From: a virus
Length of the DNA: 64,000 nt
Strand: one strand, 5' to 3'
IMG/VR virus record: IMGVR_UViG_3300035670_000019
Location: 99,031 to 163,030 of that record
In this document: positions 30,911 through 42,616 of the stretch, piece by piece
How the letters are laid out: every line of letters begins with the position of its first letter
Position numbering within the stretch: position 1 is the first letter of the stretch
The notes under the pieces: generated by a model
Seen by the model: the letters and a program-made list of their open reading frames with translations, nothing else
The model's database searches: none
What the model was told of the DNA's origin: nothing
Program-made: the position numbers and the translations under genes

Positions 30911-33900
30911 ATGAAAAAGAAATATTTTGTTAAAGCAGTTATCCCTGCAACTGTAGTTAGAATATTTGAAGTGGAAGCTACAAATGAAGAAGAAGCACTC
31001 GCTGAGTATCTAAAAGGTGAGGCTTATGAGATAGAGGATGCAACTACTACTTATGATGAGGATGTGGTATTTGAAGTAGAAGAAAGTATTTAACCTCTTG
31101 TTTGGCTCCTCAGAGAAGTGATGTTATATTTAGTCATAATTAAAAATAAATAAAAGTTATGGTATATTTTGAAATGTTCACAGATGAGGGTAATGAAGCA
31201 TGTACTCAAGCCTATCAAAACATCTACAACACAATTTGGGGAGACAAATTTGTTACTGAAAATGAGTTGAAGAAACTTATAGCAGAACAAATTGCTCAAG
31301 TAGCATCAGTACATCCAGAAGTACATGACACAGAACCTGAATGGCACTTTGTAGATAGAATCAATATGTCATTAGAAACTAGAGGTTATAGTTATAGAAT
31401 CAATAGAGGAGACCTATGAGTAGAGTTAAAGTAACATATGTGGCTATGGATTTGAATGGATACAAACCTATCATGACAGCGTCCACACTTGACGAACTTA
31501 AAGGGGGTTTAGATGAGTATTATGCTGTTGGTAAAGGTGAAGCTGAATGTTGGGGATTTTATCCAACTGAGAGTAAATACCCTGATGTTGATGATTATCA
31601 AGGATATTTTACATATGCTTGGAAAAATGTAACTCGAGATGAAGTTATGGTGATAAAAGATAAAGTAAAAGTATATTGTGTTGATTATTATCCTCACACA
31701 ACATATGAAATTTAATTAAAATAAAAATAAAAATTATGAAATTTGAATTTTTGAAAGAAAAAGAATTAGAGCTAATCAATAACAGATTTGCTGAGGAAGA
31801 CTCAATTGATTATGATAATTGGCATTTAATGACGGATGAAGAGATACTAATTACTGATGCTGGTATGTTTGCTCATGAAGCATACTGTAAAAATGAATTT
31901 AATTCATTAGAAGAATTTGCTAAAAACGCTTCTGAGGGAGAAGGAGATACAATAGAGAATACTATTAAAAGATTAGAAGAAATGTTAAATAAAGGTATTC
32001 TGAAAATAAAATAAAAGTTATGAGTGGAGGACACTTTGATTACAAACAATGGTACATCAGTAATATAGCTGATGATGTTGAAAAACTTATTGAGAGAAAT
32101 GGTCGTGAAAAAACACGAGAGGAACTCAAAGAAGAAGGATGGCGCAATGATGATTGGTATGAAAAATATCCTGAAGACCTCTACTACTACAAATATCCAG
32201 ATGAGGTAATTGAGAAGTTTAAAGAAAGCCTTACTATTCTAAGACAAGCAGCTGTTTATGCTCAACGTATTGATTGGTTGTTATCAGGTGATGATGGTGA
32301 GGAATCATTTTTAGAACGATTAGAAAAAGAATTATCAGAATTAAAAAAAGATAACAATGAGTAAACAAACAGCAGTAGAGTTTTTAGCAGAGAACCTAAA
32401 AGATTTCCCTCATATTAAACATTCTCAAAGATTTAAGGACTTGGTTGAAGAAGCCAAAGTAATGGAGCAGGAGCAGATTGAACGCGCCTGGATGAATATG
32501 GAGATCAACTTACCAACCGAACCTTCCGCCCGGGCCTTTGCACGTAAGTATTACAAACAAACATACGGAGGTGACAAATGAAAAAGCAAACAGCAGTAGA
32601 GTATTTGATTGAACAACTATTCCCTAAAGCATTAGGAGGAACACAATATTATCATATTGAGATAGCAAAAGAAATGGAGAAGGAACATATCATTGATGCC
32701 TATCGAAAAGGTTATAAAGAAGGACTTTGGCGCGAAGATTTTAAGGATGCTTATCATGAAATATATGGAGGTGACAAATGAACGAGATAATAGAAAAATA
32801 TGAGGCAAAGTTAGACTATTTGAACAAAGCAGTTGAACAGACAAAACATCTAATGGATGAAGATATATTAGATATGATGAATGATATGAAAATTTTGCTT
32901 ACTGAAGTAGTGACTGATTTTAAAACCATACATGCGTTAAATGGAGGTAACAAATGAATACAATGTATACTAATAGTAACAGACAATTAGCGTTACAACT
33001 AGCTGTTGATTACGCTTTAAAAAAGGGAGATTTAAGGTTAAAAGTAAAAGATTTAGCTGACGAATGGTATGATTGGCTAGAAAATCCTAAAACAGGGGAA
33101 GATGATAAATGATATAACTAATATAGAATCAACTATGAACGCTAGAAAAGAATTAGAGGGAATCCTTAATAAACTAAAAGAAAAACAAAACGTTTTAGTA
33201 TGTGCTGATATTACCTATGAGGAAGGATGGGATGGTAAGGAACAAATAACCCTCACACACCCACATACTAAAGAAGAAGCAGAAGCATTCTTCAAGGCAC
33301 TTGACTTTAACTACAATGATGGTTATGGTAATCAAGAACTATTTGGAACAGTATGGCTAACATATGGTGTATGGTTATCAAGATGGGAATATGATGGAAG
33401 TGAAGGATGGCAAGTAAATAGTTGCCCTCACATACCAGATCATCTATTTAAGAGAAGCTTGGAAGACTAAAAATAATTATTATATTATAGATATGATTAT
33501 AAGTTATGTTATAGGATTTTTTGCTATATTTGTAGCATATGCATTTTACAATAGTAAATGTAAAGTAGGAGAAGAAGTTAATATGACCCACGCAATTATT
33601 GCTTCATTGGTTTGGCCAATGGCACTAGTAGGTGTGGTGTTGGTTGTACTTTGGAATGCACTTGAGAAAATATTTAATCCAATTTCTAAAAAATGAGTGA
33701 AAAACAAATAACACCTGTTAATTCCGGTATACTAACAGTACTATTTGTAGTATTTCTAGTACTTAAACTAACAGGAAACATAGATTGGAGTTGGTGGTGG
33801 GTGACTAGTCCATTGTGGTTACCGTTAGCACTTCTACTTGTTACTATAATAGGTGTAGTAGTGTTTTATAATGTGAAGAAATAGAAACAAAAACAGAAAC

Positions 33901-34328
33901 ATGAAAACAGCAATAACATATTCAGTATTCTTTCTATCAGTGCTTATATCAGCGGTGGGACTAATTACTACAATAAATGAATATCCTAATTTTGCAATCA
34001 TATTCGCTTCAATTCTGACGTGTGTGTTAACAATAATGGGTATAAAGAAATTCCTCGATGATAGGAGAATCAAGTAGAAGAAACAGGTAGGGAAAACAAG
34101 TATAGTAACTAAATAAATCAAAATAAATAAATTCAAATTATGTCAAGTGTAAATGCAAGATTAGCTTACCTAAGTGGGGTTGTTTTAATTTTAATCGCAT
34201 GTGTAATTGTAGCATTAGGTGAAGCAGGGAAAACGGGTAGTAATGGTGAACAGGTTCAATGTGATACTATCTGTTGTGACTCAACAAAGTGTGATTCAAT
34301 CAAGTGTGACAAACCGGTAGGCAAATAG
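30911..34328 (+). CDS. Run of ~14 small early hypothetical genes, including KQTAVE paralogs (32357-32581, 32578-32781) and small TM proteins
   Basis: ORF track, AAAGTTATG-type leaders, overlaps. Confidence 0.6.
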
Positions 34329-34921
34329 GGTACGGAATACGGATATCCAAATATAGGGATATAAGGATATAAGTATATGTGTCAAACGGTAGGGAGAACA
34401 GGTGGTATAGGGGGATGGGGTAGGTAACCCCCCTGTCCCGCTCAAGCCAAGCCTCTCTATATAAGAGATATATAAGTATATACAAACCTATGTGTGTTCT
34501 TGTTTGGCCTCCTGGGAAAATGATGTTATATTTAGGTAATAAATTAATAACACATGAAAAATAATGGTGGATGTTTAGCAGCATTAGGGAATCTATTAAT
34601 AATATTTTATGTATTTTATATTCTTTATGCGATGGCTACCAGCTCAAATCCATTTGTGAGGTTATTATTTTGGATATTAATGGGAGTGATGGTATATACA
34701 TTTTATGATTCCTACTCAACATGCCCATCATGTTATTTTGAAGAAGGTAGTTTTATGTATCGTTTATTTTCTTAGGGAGATCAAGTAGGAGGAACAGGTG
34801 GGAGGAACCGGTAGGGAGATCAGGTAGGGAAAACAAGTAGAAAGAACAGGTAAGATAGGTTTGGCTTCTCAAAAAAAAGATGTTATATTAATAGTATAAG
34901 TAAAAATAAAAAATAAAGGTT

Positions 34922-35116
34922 ATGAAAACAGAAGAAACAACAGCAGCAGTAGCAGCACCAGCATCAGAAAAATCAAAAGGCCGCCCAGTGGTAGCAACAA
35001 GCAAACGCCAACAACGACTCGCAGAGAAAGCAGCGCGCGCTGCCGCTAACGGAGGCGTGGTGAAACGGGGACGCCCGTCAACCAAGAAGGTGGAGACCGC
35101 ACCAACTGAGGCCTAA
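34922..35116 (+). CDS. Small basic AT-hook protein
   Basis: KGRP and KRGRP motifs, Ala/Lys-rich. Confidence 0.65.
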   Translation: MKTEETTAAVAAPASEKSKGRPVVATSKRQQRLAEKAARAAANGGVVKRGRPSTKKVETAPTEA

Positions 35117-35162
35117 TTGGAGGTTACACATGCTCCCGAGTGGGTGCGAGGCCCACGTATAC

Positions 35163-35248
35163 GCCCGGGTGGCGAAATAGGTAGACGCAAGGGACTTAAA
35201 ATCCCTCGACCAGAAATGGTTGTGCCGGTTCGAGTCCGGCCCCGGGTA
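35163..35248 (+). tRNA. tRNA-Leu(TAA)
   Basis: GCCCGGG/CCCGGGT acceptor; AGGGA-CTTAAAA-TCCCT anticodon arm; long variable arm; GGTTCGAGTCC. Confidence 0.95.
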
Positions 35249-35258
35249 CTAATTTTAT

Positions 35259-35330
35259 AGCGGAATAGAGCAGAGGTAGCTCGCCAGGCTCATAACCTGG
35301 AGGCCATAGGTTCGAATCCTATTTCCGCAA
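35259..35330 (+). tRNA. tRNA-Met(CAT), probably initiator
   Basis: CCAGG-CTCATAA-CCTGG; 1:72 mismatch (A-A). Confidence 0.9.
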
Positions 35331-35354
35331 CTAATTTTTAATTATATAGTAGTT

Positions 35355-35567
35355 ATGAATCGTTTAAATTCAACCGCCAAATTGGCGTTTTACAACGCTC
35401 GAAAGCGTTCAGGTGATACCCAGCGTATCGCAGACATGACTGGTTATTCAACCTCTCACATCTCAGGTATCGCAAACGGTACCCGTTCAATCAATGAGGA
35501 TGTTGCAACAGCAATGTACAACATTACTCGCCGTCGCCAGAAGAATTCTGAGCGTCAGATGGCCTAA
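35355..35567 (+). CDS. XRE/Cro-type HTH protein
   Basis: TQRIADMTGYSTSHISGIANGTR. Confidence 0.75.
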   Translation: MNRLNSTAKLAFYNARKRSGDTQRIADMTGYSTSHISGIANGTRSINEDVATAMYNITRRRQKNSERQMA

Positions 35568-35603
35568 TCAGGGCCAAGTAGTTGCCATGTGTTTTTTAGG
35601 GGT

Positions 35604-35632
35604 AGCGGTGCCAACGGGCGCCGCTTCTCTTT
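35604..35632 (+). terminator. GC-rich terminator hairpin
   Basis: AGCGGTGCC...GGCGCCGCT followed by TCTCTTT. Confidence 0.6.
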
Positions 35633-35763
35633 GTAGGGGAATCGGGTCGAGTAGGGGAATCAAGTAGGGGAATCAGGTAGGGGTATCAGGTAAGAGGAAC
35701 CCCTTGTTTGGCCTTGGGAGGTAAGGATGTTATATTTAGTAAATAATTAAAAAACACAAAAAA

Positions 35764-37394
35764 ATGATTAGAATTACTAACAAAGGTTTAAACAAAAAGG
35801 GTGTAAGAGAAATTAATAGGATTTTAGCAGAGTTAAGAGAGCTACATAAGAATAAAAAGTGGGTTGCTCAAATGCATTTTTTAGGAAATAGATACTATCC
35901 TAGACATTATAAGAATGTTAAAGTAGGAGATATAGTAGGTTATTCAGAGAAAACACTTAAACGTAAATCAATTTCAAAGGTATATTCAATAGGTAGTTAC
36001 TTGAATATAACAGTATTATTAGAGTGGGTGGATTATAAGGTTGAAAATATTTAACCCCTGTTTGGCTTTAGGGACCTTTGATGTTATATTTAGCTATAAT
36101 TAAAAAACACATAATAAATGAAATTAACACTCAAAAAACACCCACACCAAGCTTATTCATTTTGTTCCCCTGCAACTGCTCTTCGTTACGGGTGGTGGAG
36201 ACCATCAGGCGAGATCTTTAAAAATCTAAAACACGAATATAATTTTGACGATTTTTTAAGTGGGGGCGATATAGCTTTACAAATCTATGAACTAGAAGCT
36301 AATAAAAAAGATTATAAAAATGATCTTTTAAAAGTATTTGAAGAGAATAATATTCCATATTATATCAAAACTATGGGTCCTAATAAATTTATAGTAGTTA
36401 AGAAGGGCGATTTTATTAAACAAAAAACTAAAAGGAACTAATTAGGAGGATCCGGTAGGAGGATCTGGTAGGAGGAACCCATTGTTTGGCCTTCCAAGAT
36501 AAAGATGTTATATTTAGGTATAATTAAAAAACACAACATTATGTTCTCAACACAATCTACTTTCTTAAAAGACTATTCATTTTATAACCTTAAAAAAGGG
36601 GATAAGGTGAGTGTATTAAATAGCTCTGATAATAAAAGGTATAATTGTACTTTTATTAAATATGAGATTATAGAATTAAAAACAGGATTTATTATCCCAT
36701 TTGGTCCTAGAAATTTTAAGAGGGCTAGGCAAGTAATAGCTATAGTAGAGCATATTAATACTTATAATATTAAATCTAAGTGGCGTATTATAAAAGATGG
36801 TTACACAGAGATTATTGAGGTTATTTAAACCTCTTTAACCCCATGTTTGGCTTTGGGGGTCCCCTATGTTATATTTAGCAAATAATTAAAAAACACAATA
36901 ACATGACCGTACAAGAATTAATCGATCAATTAACAGAGTTAAAAAACGAAGGTTTTGGTAACACAGAACTAGTATTATCAATCACAGATCATACAGATTG
37001 GACTTACAATCTTGACTTCCCAGGGTTCGATATTAGTAATGTTTATGATATTGATGAGGAGTTTGATAGTGATAAAGATTATGGAGTGTGTGAGGTGAGT
37101 ATTTAACTCCCTCACCTCTTGTTTGGTTTAGGAGGATCAAGATGTTATATTTAGGAAATAATTAAATAATTAAAACACATGAAACAAGAAAAAATTGAGA
37201 TTAAAGTAGGAAGTATTGTTAGATTTGAAGAGGGTAACTACAGAGTAACCAGCTTAAGAGGAGATAAGGTGAATTTAGGTTCAATATTTGGATGTGAAAT
37301 TTATTATAAAGGGATACCAGTTGAGTATGTGGTTGAGTATGGGGCAGAGTTTTATGAGAGTTGGTCCAAATCAGAGACTTACAGATGTATGTAA
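35764..37394 (+). CDS. Five single-gene early cassettes (35764-36054, 36118-36441, 36541-36828, 36903-37106, 37179-37394)
   Basis: Each has its own 34-bp promoter and A-rich leader; ATG 36541 fits better than 36505, which lies inside the promoter. Confidence 0.7.
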
Positions 37395-37456
37395 GTGTTT
37401 GGCCCTCCGGGCCTCTGATGTTATATTTAGACTATAATTAAAAATAATTAACACAC

Positions 37457-38263
37457 ATGAACAACTTAGTAATTAAAAAAGGTAAGGGTCGCCCAAAAAA
37501 GACTCAGGAGAATCCGGTAACGTTTGATCCAACAACAGTAAAGATTTTTAAGGGCTCAGAGCTGAATTTTAATGAGAATGTGTTCCGCCCTATGAGTACA
37601 GGTACATTGATGGATAGCATTTTATCCAGTCAAAAAGGACTGATGCCTGCAGTTAATATGATCATATGTGGTGGCCCAGGTTCAGGTAAGAGCACAGTAG
37701 TGCTGGATATGTTGAGCCGTTTGGCTGCTCGAGGCAAGAAGGTATTGTTTGTATCAGGTGAAATGGATGAGATAGGTCACTTCAAATATTGCCGCCGAAT
37801 GCCTCATTTCAAAACAGTGCCGACTTTGTTTTTGAAGAACTACACCGAGACGATTCGCGAGACAATGGAGTATGTTTTGGATCAGGGTTATGATGTAGTA
37901 GCAATCGATTCGATAGCTGAGGTAATTGAAATGTATAAGGATACTTATCGTACAACTGAGAGTGCAGCTGAGTTATGGTTTTTGAATCTTCAAAGCCGAG
38001 TTAAAAAAGGTGAAAATAAAGCTAAAAAATACACATCATTTATCAATATTCAACAGGTAACTAAAGCTGGAGATTTCGCGGGTAGTAACCGTTTAAAACA
38101 TATGACTGAAGCAATGTGTCATATTGATCGGATCAAGGGAAGTGACAGCCGTAAAGTGTATTTCAGCAAGAACAGGGATTGTGATACAGAATCATATATC
38201 AAATATAGAATTGGTTTGAATCAGGTTGAGTATAGTTTGCCTGATGCGGACGATGAGGAATAG
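37457..38263 (+). CDS. RadA/Sms-like RecA-fold ATPase with N-terminal AT-hook
   Basis: KGKGRPKK; Walker A GGPGSGKS; Walker B VVAIDS; SKNR motif. Confidence 0.8.
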   Translation: MNNLVIKKGKGRPKKTQENPVTFDPTTVKIFKGSELNFNENVFRPMSTGTLMDSILSSQKGLMPAVNMIICGGPGSGKSTVVLDMLSRLAARGKKVLFVSGEMDEIGHFKYCRRMPHFKTVPTLFLKNYTETIRETMEYVLDQGYDVVAIDSIAEVIEMYKDTYRTTESAAELWFLNLQSRVKKGENKAKKYTSFINIQQVTKAGDFAGSNRLKHMTEAMCHIDRIKGSDSRKVYFSKNRDCDTESYIKYRIGLNQVEYSLPDADDEE

Positions 38264-38293
38264 TCATGTGTGTGTTTTAATTATAGGAGGATC

Positions 38294-38311
38294 GGGTCCG
38301 GAAACGGACCC
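38294..38311 (+). terminator. Stable GNRA hairpin GGGTCCG-GAAA-CGGACCC
   Basis: Perfect 7-bp stem after the ATPase gene; no clear U tract. Confidence 0.55.
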
Positions 38312-38411
38312 ACCTCTGTGTAGGGGTATCCGGTAGGGGATCCGGACCCCTTGTTTGGCCTTATGGGGAAGTGATATTATATTTACATTATAATTAAAAA
38401 CACATAACATT

Positions 38412-41183
38412 ATGATTTTATCAAATTCACCATCACTATCAACACCATTTAATTTCTTAACAGAACACTATGGTCACCACAAATTATCATTTCACCAACT
38501 CCAAAATGGTTCTTTAGAGTTCTTCTATGAAGATAATAATATATACATTTTAGCAGAGGTGGGGACGGATTCAACAATATATATGTCTCCTCAAATAACA
38601 CTTAACACACCAAATATTAATTGGAGGCTTATAGAAGTTGTTACTAATGATCCTAATAACTATGGCAACACAATTGAGTCTTGGGTTGCTAAGGACTATA
38701 AATGGTCCTAATATAATCTCACCCATTAGGGGGATCCGGTAGGAAGATCCGGACCCCCTTGTTTGGCTTTAGGAGAATATAATGTTATATTTAGGCTATG
38801 AGTGAAATAGAAAAACAAATTAAAACAATAGAGGAACGAATAGAGTTCCTTAACACCGACAAAACAAAATGGATCAGCGCTTGGGCTTACCCGGAAGGTT
38901 ATACACCATATGATCATGGACCACGAGTTAGGAGGGAAGAGAAGAAGAAATTAAGAGCTAAACTAAAGCGCCTTAAAAAACAACTTTAACCCCTTGCTTG
39001 GCCCTAGGGGAATAGGATGTTATATTTAGGAAATAATTAAAAACAATAACAATATGGCAATGAATTCATTTCACAAGTACGTTTCAGCGATTCGTAAATC
39101 AAAATCGTTTAAACCAGTAGTTTTAAACCACCCATGGAATATACATTGTAAGGTAGTAGCAGTATGTAAGGATACTAGGTATATCTTTGGTCCAATGTTA
39201 ATTCAGGAAATTCAAGATGTTATAGGTAAACACCAAGTAGTGATCACATCGGATCACGAAACACGTGAATTATATGCTTTTGATGTGTGGTTGTAACCAC
39301 TTGTTTGGCTTAGGAGGATCAGGATGTTATATTTAGGTAATAATTAAAAATTATAAACACATGAAACACATAGTAATGATCGACGCCATTGAAATGGCAC
39401 AATTAGCTAAAGAAGGAATTAAGGAAGCACACGAACAACTTGTATTGTGTAGCCAAGAACTTAATCAACCCATCTCATATTCTGAGTCAGAGGAAATCAT
39501 TGAACAAATGATGGAGTTGGAGTTGATGAAGGATGCCTGTAAGACCTCATTAGAGGTTATAAATAAGTTTATTAAGGAGAACAAGTATATCTTTAATTAA
39601 AGTTTGGCCCCACAGGGGGTAAATGTTATATTTAGAAAATAATAATAATTAAAAATTTTAAACACATGACAAACCAAAACATTGCAGATTCGATTATTAA
39701 GCTTTTATTTGAGGTAGGAATTGATGGTGAAACAATGGAGTACATCATTGACAAATTAGGGATGAGGGATCAAATGATTAAACAGTTAACACCTCAAGAG
39801 GATATTGTTGAACTAGAACGAGGTGAAGAAGTAATGGTTAGGTTCACAAGACAACAGTTGATTAATTTCACCCGTGAAATTCAAGAACGTTGTAAACAAG
39901 CTATGATTGAAGCTGTAAACAATGCTGGCATTGATGGTGATGAGTATATTGAGTTAGAATTGGATTATAATAACGTTATCCAAATTAACTTTGATGACAG
40001 GGCTTTTATTAAGGAAATAGAAAGTGTCATTGATGATGCATTTGAAACAGATGATGATTCAGTTTTTGATGAGGCAACAAATGTGATTACGTTTATGAGT
40101 AAAAGATAGTGTGTGTTTGTGTTATTTTTAATTATGAGCAGTTTGGGCACCTAGGTGCCCTTCTGTTTGGCCTCGAGGGACAGGGATGTTATCTTTAGGA
40201 CATAATTAAAACACATAACAATATGAGAGAAGATTTGATTAACAGAGTGATTGATTTGCAGATCAAGTGCAACAACATGATTGATGTTTACGGTAAATGT
40301 GATATCGAAACAGCTGATGAGGTGATCAGATTAGCTGATAGCTTGACCTTCGATGAGGCAAGTGAGTTCATAAAGCGATATGAACAACGTTTGGCTTCCA
40401 GATAAGGGGATGTTATATTCAGATATAAATTAAAAGCACATGAAACACTTAACATTAAGAGAAGTTAAAGCCATTATCGAGTACAAAATGTCTAACTGTA
40501 CTAAACTGATCTCATTCATTGAACCTGAAGATGGTAGTGGAAGGAACTACAACTACAGATGGTTCGGTGAGGACAAGATGAACTTCATCCGACTGTGAGT
40601 GACCCTCTGTTTGGCCTCGCCCGGCCCTGATGTTATATTTAGTTCATAATAAAAAATAATAACACATGAACAAGTCAAACAAGAAGATTTTAGCTGAAAT
40701 GTTGAAGAAGCAAATTGTAGAAACTGATGCAATGTTTAAGAACGGTGACAGTAAAGATTGGATCATTGGTTACCTACAAGGCACAATCAAGACAGCCATT
40801 AGTACCTTAGAAGATGATAACATAGCCTAAGGTTTGGCTTCACGGGGGAGGGATGTTATATTTAGTCAATAATTAAAAACAGTAATAACATGACAAAGAC
40901 AGAAATTAAAAAACACATCAACAAATCAGTTTATGAATTCGCCACTGCATTAGGTTACCAAATGTCAGATGATAATGACGGTTCATATGTTACGTTCTCA
41001 AAGTCCAACTTCACATCATACTATGATACAATTGATTATCATCGTTCATATCAAGAAGCCATGGTTATGAAAGGCGCATGTGATGAGAGTGTTGCCGACG
41101 CTGATAAAATAAATGAGTTTGTGAGTGCATTGAAGGCGGATATTGAGTTTAAGAAAGCCATTATGGAAGGTGATGTAGAATAA
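38412..41183 (+). CDS. Nine single-gene early cassettes of unknown function
   Basis: Each ORF follows its own promoter copy; the two near 40440 and 40666 are under 60 aa. Confidence 0.7.
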
Positions 41184-41460
41184 GATTCCGCGGCTGCGCC
41201 GCAGTACACGGTACGTACATATACAGTATGTGTATATTACGCTCCCATGCGCGTTATGGTCCATATAACTGGATACCGGATCTTCCTGCGTGAATGAGCA
41301 CAAAACAGATCGCGTACGATCTTTGCGCGCCGATTGTATATACATATATACGCCCCATAACATACCCCCAATTTTCAAAATAACCCTTTGGACCACAAAT
41401 GGCAAAACCCAAAATCTCTCTTTTATAAAACTTTTTGGCATCGACCAAGTATATACGTAT
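41184..41460. other. Non-coding palindrome-dense block (candidate genome-end/packaging site or origin)
   Basis: GCGGC-TGC-GCCGC, GTACGTAC, AGATCG-CGTA-CGATCT, GCGCGC, TGTATATACA; no credible ORF. Confidence 0.4.
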
Positions 41461-41591
41461 ATTTAGATATAAAATAAAGGTTATGAACAAAAATCACTTA
41501 CATCACCCATTCGAGAACTTCATGTACTACTTTGCTGTTACTTTAGGTTTAACAGTAATAGTTGCTCGTATAATCCAAATTGTGGTTACCC

Positions 41592-42197
41592 ATGTATAGA
41601 GATAAACTTTCACTTGATGAAGCCTTATACTTAGAAAGTATAGGCGAGATAACCATATTAGACCCATCTAATAACACCAGTCATCACTCTCAATCTCAAG
41701 TGTGGAAAAACAACTATTCCGCGCTTAGATCCAAGTTTAGATATGTGGATACAAGTAGGTTTCTCACATTTGTAAGGGCAAAGTATCTCATTGAAATCCC
41801 TTTAACCGAGTATGAATGGGATTTTGTTTACGGACTCGAAAACATAGATTTCCAGGACCGCATCAAAGACAACATTGAATATATCTACATTCTTACTAAT
41901 CCAGGATATCCAGACTTAGTCAAAATAGGAATGACAGAACGTACTGTAGAAGGTAGAGTCAGAGGTATCAATAGAACTGCTACCGTACATGAATGGGTTC
42001 CTAAATTTGCTCTCCCTGTATCTAAAGGTAATGCCTTTAGGGTTGAACAGCAAGTACATAAATATTTCTCCGATAAGAGAATTTCATCCGATCATGGCAA
42101 TGAAAGGGAATTCTTTCAAATCAACCCACTAACTGCCTTTGATAAGGTACGCGAAATAGGAGCACTATTTCAAGTAGGTAATCTAATTATATATTAG
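41592..42197 (+). CDS. T5orf172/GIY-YIG-like domain protein
   Basis: YIYILTNPGYPDLVKIGMT...EQQVH...REFF; preceded by a 38-aa TM ORF (41483-41599). Confidence 0.8.
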   Translation: MYRDKLSLDEALYLESIGEITILDPSNNTSHHSQSQVWKNNYSALRSKFRYVDTSRFLTFVRAKYLIEIPLTEYEWDFVYGLENIDFQDRIKDNIEYIYILTNPGYPDLVKIGMTERTVEGRVRGINRTATVHEWVPKFALPVSKGNAFRVEQQVHKYFSDKRISSDHGNEREFFQINPLTAFDKVREIGALFQVGNLIIY

Positions 42198-42233
42198 TAT
42201 ATCTGTATATACGTATTAAGGTGTGGTGGTGAG

Positions 42234-42258
42234 AGGTCCACATGTGGGGGCCTTTTTT
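42234..42258 (+). terminator. Terminator
   Basis: AGGTCC...GGGCCT followed by T run. Confidence 0.6.
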
Positions 42259-42281
42259 CTATATATGTATATATGAATTAA

Positions 42282-42356
42282 AGAAAACGGACTTAGGACC
42301 GTTGTAGTTTAGGCTACTCAAGGCCCTGATGAATTCGCTACTCATCGGGGTTTTCT
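42282..42356 (+). ncRNA. Candidate small structured RNA (three hairpins)
   Basis: AACGG/CCGTT, GTAG/CTAC and CCCTGATGA/TCATCGGGG stems; AGAAAAC/GTTTTCT closing complement. Confidence 0.5.
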
Positions 42357-42616
42357 ACACTCTCCCTACCCTCTGTTTGGCCTCCGGGAAAATTGATGTT
42401 ATATTTAGGTATAATTAAATAATTAGAATATGGTAACAACAGCAGCATTTATTTGGATGGCATATTGCGCAGTATCACATGTACGCATTGAAGCCAAAAA
42501 GAGAAATGAAAGTACTTCATTTAAAGACCAAAAACTTGGGTATATTGGCCAGATATTGCTTTATTGGATCATCACAGCAACATTCATTATTTAATAATTA
42601 AACACAAATAAAAGTT

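Larger units (their letters stand above)
34062..38748 (+). repeat. Arrays of a 13-bp purine-rich repeat (consensus CMRGTAGRRRRAW)
   Basis: Arrays at 34062-34105, 34773-34859 (6 units), 35633-35699, 36443-36477, 38320-38341 and 38727-38748. Confidence 0.85.

Noticed and set aside
34502-41183. Regularly recurring 34-bp motif as a CRISPR array or integron attC sites
   Set aside because: Intervals are roughly 200-1000 bp and contain ORFs; the motif is non-palindromic with a variable core and fits a promoter; no cas genes or integrase nearby.
42324-42350. Hammerhead ribozyme (CTGATGA present)
   Set aside because: CTGATGA is fully paired in a stem and there is no downstream GAAA core.
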